DNA from: Octopus bimaculoides
Taxonomy: Eukaryota
Direction: 5' to 3'
Length of the DNA: 64,000 bases
NCBI RefSeq assembly: GCF_001194135.2
Contig: NC_068998.1
Location: 36,563,289 to 36,627,288, forward strand
Part shown: positions 49,536-62,679 of the stretch, piece by piece
Position numbering within the stretch: position 1 is the stretch's first letter
Layout of the letters: each line of letters opens with the position of its first letter
Notes under the pieces: model-generated
What the model saw: only the letters and a program-made list of their open reading frames with translations
What the model was told of the DNA's origin: nothing
Databases searched by the model: none
Program-made: the position numbers and the translations under genes

Positions 49536-50196
49536 GCATTTATGTATGTATGAGTGCATAAATGTATGAATGTTTGTATTTGAGGGCGTAAATATCTGAA
49601 GTATGTATATCAATTTTTGTCTATATCGATCTATCAACTTTTATGTATATATATATATATTCATGTTCGAAGATGAACACAAAACTAAGCTATTTCTGTA
49701 GCTTCGATAGTTAACCGTTTTTTTTTGTTTGTTTATTCTTTGCCGTTTGCTTGTTCGGTCCTGCAGTCTATTACACCAGTAAACCCTGAGAACACTTGGT
49801 CATCCATACCAAATTACATTTATCTATCTTGTTGATTGAAATCGTGCTTGTTCCTTTTATATTTAGAGTTACTCTTTATTCTGTTATCTCGATAAATACT
49901 TGAATAAATATAATTGACGTTGCCCGGAGTTAACTCAATTACACTGCTGGGCAGATATTTTTTGTTGTGTTGTTTGGTGTGTTATTTATAGTTATTTTTT
50001 AACACTATCACATCAAGAGAGATTTCCTCTTTGAATCTATTTGTATCACAAACGTAACAGAAGGTTTCCCTTTATCCCTCTCTGGCTGCTTGTCTGTCTC
50101 TCTCCATTCTCTTCCCACTCTGTATGTGTCTGTTTGTCTCCCCCTACCTTTCTCTCTCAATTTAATCGAAAACATTTTTCGACCAGGTTTCTTTAG

Positions 50197-50287
50197 GCTA
50201 TGAAGACGGCATGGCCACAGGGAAGATGTCAACTGTCAGAGAGTACGGAAAATGCTTTCTTTCCTTTTGCTTTCTGGTGCTGGTGAA
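50197..50287 (+). other. Candidate exon encoding a signal-peptide-like N-terminus
   Basis: gtttctttag| acceptor and AA|gtaagg donor; frame from ATG 50211 gives MATGKMSTVREYGKCFLSFCFLVLV(K/N). Confidence 0.3.
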
Positions 50288-51035
50288 GTAAGGCTCTGAG
50301 TGGAGGATAATGAGGTAGAAATATCTTGAACGCCGGACTAAAAGCCAGTTTGAATTATATCCGGATCCGCCGATTAGCTCATTTATCATTTCTCTGAACA
50401 AAAGTAAATGTCAGGCATGTATTGTGTCTGTTTATAAAACATTATCTCAGCTTGTGTGTGTGTGTGCGTGTGCGTGAGCGTCTGTGTGTGTATGTGTGTG
50501 TATGTGTGTGTGTTTGTGTGTGAGTATGTGCGTGTGTTCGTGTGTGCGTGCGTGCGGGTGCGTGCGGGTGCGTGTGTGTGTACGTGTGCGTGCGTGTGTG
50601 TGTGTGCGTGAGTTTGTGTGTAGTATCGATCGCCCATACACCTCTATCTGCTTTGTTTAAACACCTGCGGTATAGCGTCTGGATTAGCTCCCTGCACAAC
50701 ACTGAGTGTTAAAGAACACCTGAATGTCTTAGATCAGGCGAGTCAACTAACTTCTGATTATGTCACCATTATTCTGGCTTCTTAATACCAAACACTCGGA
50801 TCACACCGAAAGGAATTAAATCTCAGACCTATGGCATATATATATACATACAGTGAAAACTATTTGGTGAGGTGCCGCGGCGTTGCACATGTGAAAGTAA
50901 ATTAAATTCCGAATTAAAATCAGCCGTAGTTATATAAATATTATCGATTGCACGTACACAATGTATGTATGACTCGATAATGTTTACATTATTAGAACTC
51001 CTTTTAATTTGTTATATACATATCCATATACATAC

Positions 51036-51082
<47 letters not shown>

Positions 51083-51179
51083 TAATCAGCCACAATCTAT
51101 AACAAAGAGCTTTTATAAAAAGCATTAGTAAAAAAATATTTTATCTCTCTTTTAATGAGGACTTATTCAATAAACATAA

Positions 51180-52350
51180 AGATAAGTACGATAAAACACT
51201 TAAAGAAGCAGGTTATAGAAGTAAAATTAAATATATCCCATATAGGAATACAATGAATAGGGACAATATTGATAATATTAACAGCAAAATTACAGACCAT
51301 AGAAATATGCCTAGGATAAGTAACAGACCATAGAAATATGCCTAGGATAAGTAACAGACCATAGAAATATGCCTAGGATAAGTAACACACCACAGAAATG
51401 TATAGTCTACGACACTAACAGGAATGTAACTTGTAATACTAAAAAGAACAACAATAACAATAGAAATACAACTTATAATAGAACGATAAGAAATAAGCAA
51501 AGCATGAATGATGCCAATAATTTCACTAATCACGATAACAACAGCAATAAGTGAAAACATTATATGCAAAATCCGAGTCCTGGCGCTACTAATAGCGGTA
51601 TTTACGCATATAGCTTAGATAATAAGATTAATACCAATAAACATATACACCACATGCACCATTCTAACAACAATAAAACTGTGTTGTTCGGCAAGATAAC
51701 GAAAAGAACGAAAGACATTAATTGGCTTATATTCCCATATGCTATGCAAATTAAATCGGACTTAGCTAAATCAATATTTAAAATCATAAATAAATACTTT
51801 GATAAGAATAGCAGGTATTCGGAAATTATTAATAGTAAAGTAATAAAGATTTGTTACAGTCTAACGCATAACTTAGTTAACATCATTTCCTCCATAAATA
51901 ATAAAAAACTAGATATTTTCTATTTAGATAGAAGTAACAATAGCAACAACAACAGTAATAGTAAGAATAAAAATAATAACCCCCATAACCACTCCAAACT
52001 TGGAAATACTCTGACCTATGGCATATATTTACCAGTGCACAGTCACGACATAGTTTAGTAAAAAGATATATATAGGAGGTACCCAAAATGAAATGAAACG
52101 AAGACTATCCGTACTTCAACAGTCTTTCATAAACAGAAATAAGATTAATTCGACCGGATTAAATACATATATTTGGGAGCTTAAAGATAAATATATTACA
52201 TTCATTTTAGAATGGAAATTCATCGTGTCCGCATCTTCGAACAATATAAGAAATAAGAAATGCCATCTGTGCATCAGTGAGAAATTTTTCATACTAGCGG
52301 CACACCACCCACATCTTGAGGGAAGAGAGAAACAAGCTTGCCTGTAAAAG
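51180..52350 (+). mobile_element. PLE C-terminal region (post-RT linker + GIY-YIG), degenerate
   Basis: KDINWLIFPYAMQIKSDLAKSIFKIINKYF...IKICYSLTHNLVNIISSINNK and KRRLSVLQQSFINRNKINSTGLNTYIWELKDK...WKFI...KKCHLCISEKFFIL. Confidence 0.8.
51293..51400. repeat. 31-bp minisatellite, 3 identical units plus a partial unit
   Basis: cagaccatagaaatatgcctaggataagtaa x3. Confidence 0.9.
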
Positions 52351-52779
52351 GGTAAGTTTACCCTCTCTAAATATAAATAGCATTAGAGACCTTTTGCATC
52401 ATCCCCACAAATAGTACCCAGAGCTCTTCACCACAGAAATAGTAGATTTCGATTCTAAATGATGGCATATATTAACTTCCAAATTAAAGCTAATTTAATA
52501 CTTTTACATACGTGGGTCCCTTACAGGCAATCCAGGATTAATATCCCTACACCAGCATATCCGAGTTTAAATTCCACCTCCCACGCATAATAACTAAATT
52601 ACATAATATATTTATAAATCTATCTCCCCTAAATATACTTAATATACATAATAAACTCCCTTTAATAATACTAGTTCTTTCATCTATGAGCCTAATTTAG
52701 AATACAGAGGACATAAGTACTTAATACCCCACAATTACTACCACCACCACCCTAAGTGACCCTGTACCTGCCGCCTCTG

Positions 52780-53700
52780 CAATGGCTTTATTTGCAACTA
52801 ACTTTAATTTTTACACCATGTGTTAGCTTGCTTAATTTCATTCTGAGCCTAAGTTTTCAGTCAGCATATGGCTCTACTTCCATTTATTGATGATCCCATT
52901 AGATTTACTCATTTCAGAGCCAGCCGCCCCGAATAACATAACTTAACAACTTAATATTAACTACACATCTCTTTAGATTGTATTTGCTTGTACTTTGTAC
53001 TGCAGTAGGTGCTTTCCTATGAACTATTATTGCCCTTAGACATATTTTTGTATGAAATGAAGTGTAATTTGTGGTAGGCCCCATATGTATGCACCCAAGC
53101 AAAGGTTGATGTATCGACAAGGTTAGTGATATTATCAATATAGTAATAATAATAACAATAATATATATTAAGTATGATTGAGAAAATTGTAGTAGGACCC
53201 GGTATCTGTAACTATAATAGTTATTAGCAAGTGAGTTAATTGTAATCATTTAATTAATTTGGGGATTTGTACTTATACCTTCTCATAAGACCACTAGGAT
53301 GAGTGTATTTAGGAATCTTTAGACAATTACTGTTTGTCTAAAGACCACTGCTTGGGTACTATGGTTGTTACATCAGAAGATAGCTTTAGTATTAAAATTC
53401 TCTAATTGAAGGTCAATGTCCTAGCCATTACCCCTCGTAACAGTAGTCTCCCCTTAACCGGAGTTCTTTCCTTCGCATTGTACTTGTTTACATGTTTGGT
53501 TGTTTTATTTACAATGTCCTAAGCGGCCTTGCTCCACTTATAACATACGTTAATTCTCCATACTTTTATTTTTCATTTATCTCTTTATTTACATCTACTC
53601 GTAAAACAGTCTTAATAGCTTGCCCTTCGTTTTTAAATTCAACTGACCAATTATGATGAAAGCTGTACTTTGGATAATCCTATTACAGACAATAGGCGGT
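52780..53700 (-). mobile_element. Degenerate PLE RT-thumb remnant, convergent with 51180-52350
   Basis: GPTTNYTSFHTKICLRAIIVHRK resembles 'YL.Y.S.HP...K..I'. Confidence 0.4.
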
Positions 53701-55255
53701 TGGTTTTTATAATATATCAGTAAGTAAATAAATGTAATTAATTTATGGGCATGTTATTTGGATTAATATTAATTAGTACTATTAACATAATCTTAAGAAC
53801 TATTATGATTACTTCTAAACGTTATGGCACTATCGCTCCCTCTTTTCCTAGACCTATTAGCGTATCATGTTATGCTAAAGTAATTATTTTCCTTTTTTAT
53901 TATTTATACACCCTGTTACCCCTAAAGAAAGATTAATCCACCAATTAATATTTCTAGTTTAGTCATTTATTCAACGGCCTGAAACGTTACACTGCAAAAT
54001 GGTATGATTCAAATATATTAAGCCTTCATTCCTCTTCTCAAGGTTCTTCTTCTTTTCTTTTCTTTTATTTTATATATTTTTCTTCATCCTGATGAAGCTC
54101 CATGCTCCAGATCGGATGTGTTACAAGATATGACGAATATTCTTTGACAACACTGTAGGATATTGGAAGCAGAAACGGTTGTTAGTTAGATCGGATAAAG
54201 TTTTGTATTAAAAAATAATAATCGATGGTAGTCAATTGTTGTTGATCAAGATTTCTCCATTTTCTTCTTTTAAATTATATATATATATATATATATATAT
54301 NNNNNNNNNNNNNNNNNNNNNNNNNNNNNNNNNNNNNNNNNNNNNNNNNNNNNNNNNNNNNNNNNNNNNNNNNNNNNNNNNNNNNNNNNNNNNNNNNNNN
54401 NNNNNNNNNNNNNNNNNNNNNNNNNNNNNNNNNNNNNNNNNNNNNNNNNNNNNNNNNNNNNNNNNNNNNNNNNNNNNNNNNNNNNNNNNNNNNNNNNNNN
54501 NNNNNNNNNNNNNNNNNNNNNNNNNNNNNNNNNNNNNNNNNNNNNNNNNNNNNNNNNNNNNNNNNNNNNNNNNNNNNNNNNNNNNNNNNNNNNNNNNNNN
54601 NNNNNNNNNNNNNNNNNNNNNNNNNNNNNNNNNNNNNNNNNNNNNNNNNNNNNNNNNNNNNNNNNNNNNNNNNNNNNNNNNNNNNNNNNNNNNNNNNNNN
54701 NNNNNNNNNNNNNNNNNNNNNNNNNNNNNNNNNNNNNNNNNNNNNNNNNNNNNNNNNNNNNNNNNNNNNNNNNNNNNNNNNNNNNNNNNNNNNNNNNNNN
54801 NNNNNNNNNNNNNNNNNNNNNNNNNNNNNNNNNNNNNNNNNNNNNNNNNNNNNNNNNNNNNNNNNNNNNNNNNNNNNNNNNNNNNNNNNNNNNNNNNNNN
54901 NNNNNNNNNNNNNNNNNNNNNNNNNNNNNNNNNNNNNNNNNNNNNNNNNNNNNNNNNNNNNNNNNNNNNNNNNNNNNNNNNNNNNNNNNNNNNNNNNNNN
55001 NNNNNNNNNNNNNNNNNNNNNNNNNNNNNNNNNNNNNNNNNNNNNNNNNNNNNNNNNNNNNNNNNNNNNNNNNNNNNNNNNNNNNNNNNNNNNNNNNNNN
55101 NNNNNNNNNNNNNNNNNNNNNNNNNNNNNNNNNNNNNNNNNNNNNNNNNNNNNNNNNNNNNNNNNNNNNNNNNNNNNNNNNNNNNNNNNNNNNNNNNNNN
55201 NNNNNNNNNNNNNNNNNNNNNNNNNNNNNNNNNNNNNNNNNNNNNNNNNNNNNNN

Positions 55256-55300
<45 letters not shown>

Positions 55301-56200
55301 CATATATATGATATACAATTATATCTGTGCTTATACGTATATAGTGATGAGCATAAAATACATGTATTTGCAACATGTATTTTCGTATGTGTTCAAGAAC
55401 ATAAAATACATTAACAACAAGACTGGACAGCTTCACGATCAATAATATTAGTTTGATGCTTAAGGAAATGGAAAGAGTTAATATCTATAGTGCTTCAGGC
55501 ATTTTCCTTCTTCGGACTGTGGAAAGAGAGAGCATGAATAACAAGGAGAAACTTAATAAAATAAAGAATGAAAATTGGAAAAAAAAAATTTCCAAGTGCA
55601 ATCTCGGCGAAAACACTTATATTAATTCATTTACATGCTGGCCGTTAACTGACCGGAAGTTTGATGGTGAGTGAAATGGGACGATTTAAGGCAGAAAAGA
55701 AACTACGAAGAAGTTCGTGTGTGTGAGTGTGTGTTGGTGTGTGCGTATAAGTTTGTGGGTCTGGGAAATCTGGAGAAGTAGATTCTCTATGTGTATTTCT
55801 ATGTTTGTCAAGTGTTTATGTGTGCGTATGTGCAACTGTTTTGATATGTTCTTGCTAAAAGCCTGTTCGCTTCTATATGAGGATATGAGTGTGTGTGTGA
55901 GGGCATGAAATTGTGTCTGTCCATCATATGCCTTTTTGTATATGTGCATTCGTTTATTGGCCGATCGTTGACTATTGGAAGTTAACTAGTCGGCTAATGG
56001 GTGGTCCGTGTATCTGAGTAAGAGATAATGTATGTGACCATGTGAGTTATCATCTGCGAGGCATATGTTTGCGTATGACTGCATGTATGTGTATAATTGT
56101 GTAACTATGTTATATATACAGGCCTCTGTGTGTTTGTTCTTAAATGTACATGTGGGGGCGCAGAAATATCTGCAGATATCACTGTTTTACACGTTTCAGT

Positions 56201-56570
56201 TATTTGACTGCAGCCATGCTGGAGCACCACTTTTAGTCAAAGAAATCAACCCCAGGGTGTATTGTTCGAAATACTTATTCTATCGGTCTGTTTCGTCGAA
56301 CTGCTAGTTTTCGGGGACATAAACAAACCAGCATCGGTTGTCAAACGATGGTGGTGGTGGGGAGGATAAACACAGACACAAAGACACACGCACGTAAATA
56401 TATATACACGACGGGCTTCTTTCAGTTTCCTTCTAGCAAATCCACTCACAAGGCTTTGGTCAGTCCGAGGCTATAGTAGAAGACACTTGCCCAAGTTGCC
56501 ACGCAGTGAGACTAAATCCGGAACCATGTGTTTGAAAAGCAAGCTTCTTATCACACAGCCACGCCTGCGG
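56201..56570 (-). mobile_element. tRNA-derived SINE family 2, near-complete
   Basis: Head gcaggcgtggctgtgtgataagaagcttgc..ggttccggatttagtc; internal (TA/TG)n; 3' end ggtgctccagcatggctgcagtcaaataactgaaac. Confidence 0.9.
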
Positions 56571-58029
56571 CTATGTATATATATATATGTATATATATGT
56601 GCATGTGTATATATATGTGTATGTGTATATATATGTGTATGTGTATATATATATATATANNNNNNNNNNNNNNNNNNNNNNNNNNNNNNNNNNNNNNNNN
56701 NNNNNNNNNNNNNNNNNNNNNNNNNNNNNNNNNNNNNNNNNNNNNNNNNNNNNNNNNNNNNNNNNNNNNNNNNNNNNNNNNNNNNNNNNNNNNNNNNNNN
56801 NNNNNNNNNNNNNNNNNNNNNNNNNNNNNNNNNNNNNNNNNNNNNNNNNNNNNNNNNNNNNNNNNNNNNNNNNATATATATATATATATATATAACACTG
56901 AAACGTGAGCATTAATACCAATAACTTGAGAATATTTCGCCCCAAACACCTATCATATTTGAACTAAATTCCTAAAATATTCATTCTTTTGTTGAAGTAA
57001 TCTGTCAACAGATTCCAAGTAAAACTTTGTGAGTATCACAATCGCAGTTTGTAGTTTCTGCGGCAGCTTCACTTAGTATTATATTAATAGTATACTGGGT
57101 TCGAGGAAAATAATCAATACTTCATACATAGACTGGAAATGCTGCACGGGCTAGCATTTACATACGACTCGATATGTAAACCAATATATTCTTATTGGAT
57201 GGATATTTTAATACAATGATAACATTCACTTCTATGTATGTATGTATGTATGTATGTCTGTATGTATGTAGGTATGTATGTATGTATGTGTGTATGTATG
57301 TATGTATGTATATATATGTGTGTGTGTGTGAGTGTGTGTGTGTGTGTATGGGTTTGTGTGCATGTATAGGTATGTATATGTGTATTAGACTTTCTTCATC
57401 CGAATTCCAATTGAAAACAAAGAGCTGTATTCAATTTGCGTTATATATTTGAATGTAAGTCCTCAAGCTAATTGACTTTCTAATATATTTGAACATAAGT
57501 CTTTCAACCAATCACAACCTAAATATTTGACTACTTGACTTGCTAAAATATTTAATTAAAGAACTAAACTATTCAATCTGCAGCATATTGAAACATGACC
57601 TCTAACCTATTCGATTTTCAAAGCCATTTACTTGAAGCATATTTCATGTTAGTTCAACCAATATTTAATCTTACGTTAGGAGATTTCAAGTTGCTAAACC
57701 TAGGTTAATAGCCAAATAGGATATTCTAAATAGATTCTCCCGTGATTTTCGAACAATAAATCAGCTGATACTAAATCTGTGGCTTCCCAGTGTAGAAATA
57801 TCTGTCATTGACGAAAGTACTCAAACATATGTTGTAAAATATGATTTATTTTCCTGAATACTAACGAAACACAGAGATCAGGCTTATTCTCTTGTAAATT
57901 CTACTTTTAATTAATTTTAACTGATTAATTTTAATTAATTTTAATATTTCACTTTTTACATTTGACTTCAGTTGTAATTTTAATTTATTAAAATTTCTTT
58001 GCTTATTACATTTGATATCATAGCATCCG

Positions 58030-58420
58030 TGGAGGCGCAATGGCCCAGTGGTTAGGCCAGCGGACTCGCGATCATAGACTCGCGGTTTCGATTCCCAGAC
58101 CGGGCGTTGTGAGCGTTTATTGAGTGAAAACACCTAAAGCTCCACGTGGCTCCGGCAGGGGATGGTGGTGAACCCTGCTGTACTCTTTCACCACAACTTT
58201 CTCTCGCTCTTACTTCCTGTTTTTGTTGTGCCAGTAATTCGAAGGGTCAGCCTTGTCACATTGTGTCACGCTGAATATCCTCGAGAACTACGTTAAGTGG
58301 TACACGTGTCTGTGGAGTGCTCAACCACTTGCACGTTAATTTCACGAGCAGGCTGTTCCGTTGAGTGGATCGACTGGAATCCTCAACGTCGTAAGCGACG
58401 GAGTGCTAACAACAACAATC
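58030..58420 (+). mobile_element. tRNA-derived SINE family 1, complete, with (AAC)n tail
   Basis: A-box tggcccagtggtt and B-box ggtttcgattcc; second copy at 2503-2884. Confidence 0.9.
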
Positions 58421-58599
58421 ATAGCATCCACTTTCCTGTGTGTATTTCCTGCAGCAGTCGTCACTGGGTAGTTAAACGCCATAATTCTTTATCACAGCAT
58501 TCAGTGTTCATTCACTATAATCTAGTATACTCCTCCAGTCAGTCTAAAATCTTGCAGTAAAAGACTGTTTTTCGCTGATGAGGTTTAATACCTCAAAAA

Positions 58600-59250
58600 C
58601 ATGTCGTTTGGAGTTGTCACCACTGTACGGCCACCGATCAGATCTATTTCTCATAGGGTTCTGTATTCCTTATTGAATAAATACATCCTTTTTTAAATTT
58701 CTAGGTTACAACCTTTCTTGATTATAACATCTTTGATTCTCTCATTATTACTGCGTATAAATTCAATTAACTCAAATTTTTAAATTATTACATTAAATAC
58801 GTTCTTAACCGCTTTACTATATGTTAGTTTATATATAACCTAACAAGTCTGTTGCAGAATCTGTTTAAACGAGGCGGACATTATAATGTTATATTCCATA
58901 TGACAGTGTTAATTTAGTTTAATTTACTTATTCGTCAAGGTTTGAGAATTGACAGTATTCATTAGAAGCATCTGTAACAAATCGTTATAAGGAAGTCAAT
59001 GATAGAAATAATCATGAAGCGGATCTAGATGTCACATTAATATTTGGGTCCATCATCCAACGTTCTAATTTTAATGAATATTAACATTTGATAGAATTCT
59101 GGGTTCCAGTATTTACTTTAACCAAAGTCAGTTACATTTCACGAAGGGGACTCCACACGTTAATTCAGCAGATATCTACCTCGTATCAACCTTTAATATC
59201 GTAAAAAAACTTGTACATTTTTTAATAATCGTCTCCATAGTGCTATGCTT
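58600..59250 (-). mobile_element. Possible very degenerate PLE RT remnant
   Basis: Minus strand NPEFYQMLIFIKIRTLDDGP and RLNRFCN resemble PLE thumb motifs only weakly. Confidence 0.25.
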
Positions 59251-59394
59251 GGAACAGAGAAGAGCAGAGACAATGAGCCAAGCATTGTGTTACAATGATT
59301 GTAACATTGCATTTTGATCGATGTGTTCGATTAGAATTCACCAGGGGATAAACAACGTTCTCAATAGTTCACAGAAATAGCAGAAATCAGAAGT

Positions 59395-59570
59395 TTGCAT
59401 GACTCGGTAGTTAAAGAGCTCACTTTGCAACCACGTGGACTTAGGTTCAGTCCCGCTTGGCGGTACCTTCGGCAAGTGTCTTCTGATAAAGTCATAGGCC
59501 AACCAATTATTTGTGAGTGAATTTGATAGGCAGAAACTGCGTGAAAGCCCGTCACATACATACATACATA
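59395..59570 (+). mobile_element. SINE family 2, 5' fragment
   Basis: gtagttaaagagctcactttgcaaccacgtgg..ggttcagtccc..ggcaagtgtcttct... Confidence 0.75.
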
Positions 59571-59599
59571 CAGACAGACAGACCGACAGACAGACAGCC

Positions 59600-59972
59600 T
59601 GAAAACTCGACTCCATCGGACACAAATGACCATGGGTACACCTAAGAGGTTCCCCTTCGGGGTTTAAATCTGGGCAGAGAGTCGCCTCACCAGCGAACGC
59701 ACAACCTAGGGTTGTTTTTATGGCAGACAAGCAGTCACCCATGCATACCAGCCTCCCCTCTCCACACCACTGATTTTATCCAAAGGAAAGGCAAAGGCCA
59801 ATACAGCTTGGCACTTGTGACGTCACAACTCATTTCTAAAGCTGGGTGAACTGGACCAATGTGAAATAAAGTGTCTTGTTCAAGAACACAACACGCAGCC
59901 CGGTCCGAAAATCGAACTCACAACCTCACCATCGTAAGTTCGACGCTCTAACCACTGAGTCATGCACCTTCA
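59600..59972 (-). mobile_element. tRNA-derived SINE family 4
   Basis: Homologous to 29295-29608; head on minus tgaaggtgcatgactcagtggttagagcgtcg...gagttcgattttcgg. Confidence 0.85.
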
Positions 59973-60206
59973 CATAACTACATACATACATACATACATA
60001 CATACATGCATGCATGTGTGTGTGAGGGTGTGTGGAATTCTGTCTGCGTTTGGTGCCCACCATTGTTTGATAATATATATATATTATTATATATATTATA
60101 TATATTATATATATTCTCCAGCATGACCACAGCCACTTGGCTGAAACCCATAAATAAATAAATAAATAATATATATATAATATATACATAATATATATAT
60201 TATATA

Positions 60207-60307
<101 letters not shown>

Positions 60308-60828
60308 TGTGTGTGTATAACAAGCAAAGTAGCTAGTTAGATTTTCTCTATAAGAGATGAAAGTAGTAGCTATACTGGGAAGTAATGTTTTTCGCCACAT
60401 CAGCACGGCTGTTCAAAGTTGCTGCCGTTTGTAACCCCAGGAAAAGTCTCCTCTAGTTGGAATCTGCATCCAGTATACATTCCAAGCAGGGGAGCGAACC
60501 CATCCCATCTTCTAGCAAACAACGAGATCACCAGACCGAATCATTTCGGGCTAGTTATGTCCATCGTTAGTGGGGATCAACCGGCGCTAGAGATAGCAGG
60601 AATTCGCTCCAGCTTGCACTATATAGAAAGCAAAGCGACTATCAGTCACTCATGTTGCAACAAGCAAAGCAGTTCGTTAGAGAATCTCTATATGACATGA
60701 AAGTAGTAAATATACTAAGAAGTTATGTATGTATGTGTGTATATATATATATGTATATATACATACATATATATATATACATATATCATTGTATGCATAT
60801 CTGCAAGCATCTCTCTCTTCCTTTCTTG

Positions 60829-60954
<126 letters not shown>

Positions 60955-61019
60955 GCACACGCGTGTTTGTGTTTGTGTGTCTGTTTTCCTGTGTGGGAAG
61001 TAATTTTTTTCTCCATCCT

Positions 61020-61378
61020 TATGTTTCTAGGTTCAATCCTGCAGTGTAGTACCTGAGGCAAGTGTCATCTACTATTGCGCTGGACCCATGTCTTATGAAT
61101 GTATTTGGTTGATGGAAAGTGAAAGAAGACCGTCGTATATACGTATGTAAATGTATCTATGTGTGTACATGTCTTTGTGTATGCGTTTGTTCTCCACCGG
61201 TATTTGATAACTGGTGTTGGTTTGTTTATGTCCCCGTAAGTTAGCAGTTCTGCAAAAAGACACCGACTGAATGAGTACCAGTCTTAAAAAGTAAATGCTG
61301 AGGTCGATCTGTTCGACTAAACCTTTCAAGTGGTGCCCCTGCATGGCCGCAGCCCAATGGCTGAAATAAGTAAAACAT
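61020..61378 (+). mobile_element. SINE family 2 copy
   Basis: ggttcaatcctgcagtgtagtacctgaggcaagtgtc...ggtgccc.tgcatggccgcagcccaatggctgaaat. Confidence 0.8.
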
Positions 61379-61411
61379 GTAAGTATTTAAATGGGTGGGT
61401 GTATATAAAGT

Positions 61412-61489
<78 letters not shown>

Positions 61490-61522
61490 AAGACAGACAG
61501 ACAGATAGACGGACGGACGGAC

Positions 61523-61576
<54 letters not shown>

Positions 61577-62270
61577 GTAAGGTTTACATTCATGCATGCA
61601 CACATACGTACATTGTTATATACACGCGCACACAGACACACATATACAGACACACGCACAAGCACAGATTGATTCAAAAGTCCCTTAAGTAATAATTTAT
61701 ACAGACGAACGACCGAAATCAGTTGCGGTCGGTTGAGCTTTTTAATATACGTCTACTCCCCCTTTCTCTCTCAAGCTCCTCTCTCAGTTTTTCTCTCTCT
61801 TTCTACTTCGTGCCCTCTGACTCTCTCTCTTTATTTCTTTAATAATCCGCTGAATCTCTCATCTCACCACAACCTTCAGCAACTTCCCCAAGGAATTCAT
61901 AAGCAATATACAAAATCTAGACCCCCACTGACTGCTACGGCTGAAGTATTCCACGATTTTCCGTCTATGGCCCTAACTTTCATGGTTCCATACACTAGGT
62001 CCATCTCGCGCAGTGGAATTAAGTATTTCCGGACAATTGAACAGCGATACCGTTATATTCTGCCAATTTTAGGTCAATGAATAATCTCTGTGTTCTCTCA
62101 ACAATATATATCTACATACATTCATTCATTAATACATACATGTATTGATACCTACGTACATACCTACATACATAGTACATATATACAGACAGACAGTCAG
62201 AGAAATAGATCAATAGACAAAGAGATAGCTAGCTAGCTGTGCGGATAGATAAATAGATAGATGAACAGAC

Positions 62271-62322
<52 letters not shown>

Positions 62323-62679
62323 GATAGATTTCTTTATTAGCTACACAGGGCTGAACACGGATGGGACAAATACAATGTAGAGATTTCTTTTCGAGGGTGG
62401 GGGAGGGGCGAAAACAAAGTAAAAAAAAAAGTAGGGACAACGATCAAAAAGAATCGAAATCGTTTGGGATATATACAAAAAAAATCAAAATAATACAAAA
62501 AGTTCCCAAGAAATGGGGAGGTTTATCTGTGGAAAGAAAAACCTACGAAAAGACCACAGTATATATATAAGTGAATATAAATATATACTCATATATATAT
62601 ATATAAATATATATATTACAATTAAAAGGGTAAAGGTTTATCAATTTATTAATTTATTAATAAATCAACAATTAATAAT

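Noticed and set aside
51293-51400. Direct repeats as a possible CRISPR array
   Set aside because: The units are contiguous with no spacers, and the context is eukaryotic.
54083-54210. CUGAUGA followed ~85 nt later by GAAAC, with a plausible stem II (GCUCCA/UGGAAGC)
   Set aside because: I could not close both stem III and stem I around any NUH without assuming several mutations; possibly a decayed hammerhead but unsupported.
55955-56000. ~45-nt G-U-rich hairpin
   Set aside because: Too short for a pre-miRNA and within what chance could give in 64 kb; no other support.
58030-58110. tRNA gene
   Set aside because: A and B boxes are present, but the cloverleaf is incomplete and continues into a ~300-bp body shared with 2503-2884, so it is a SINE head.
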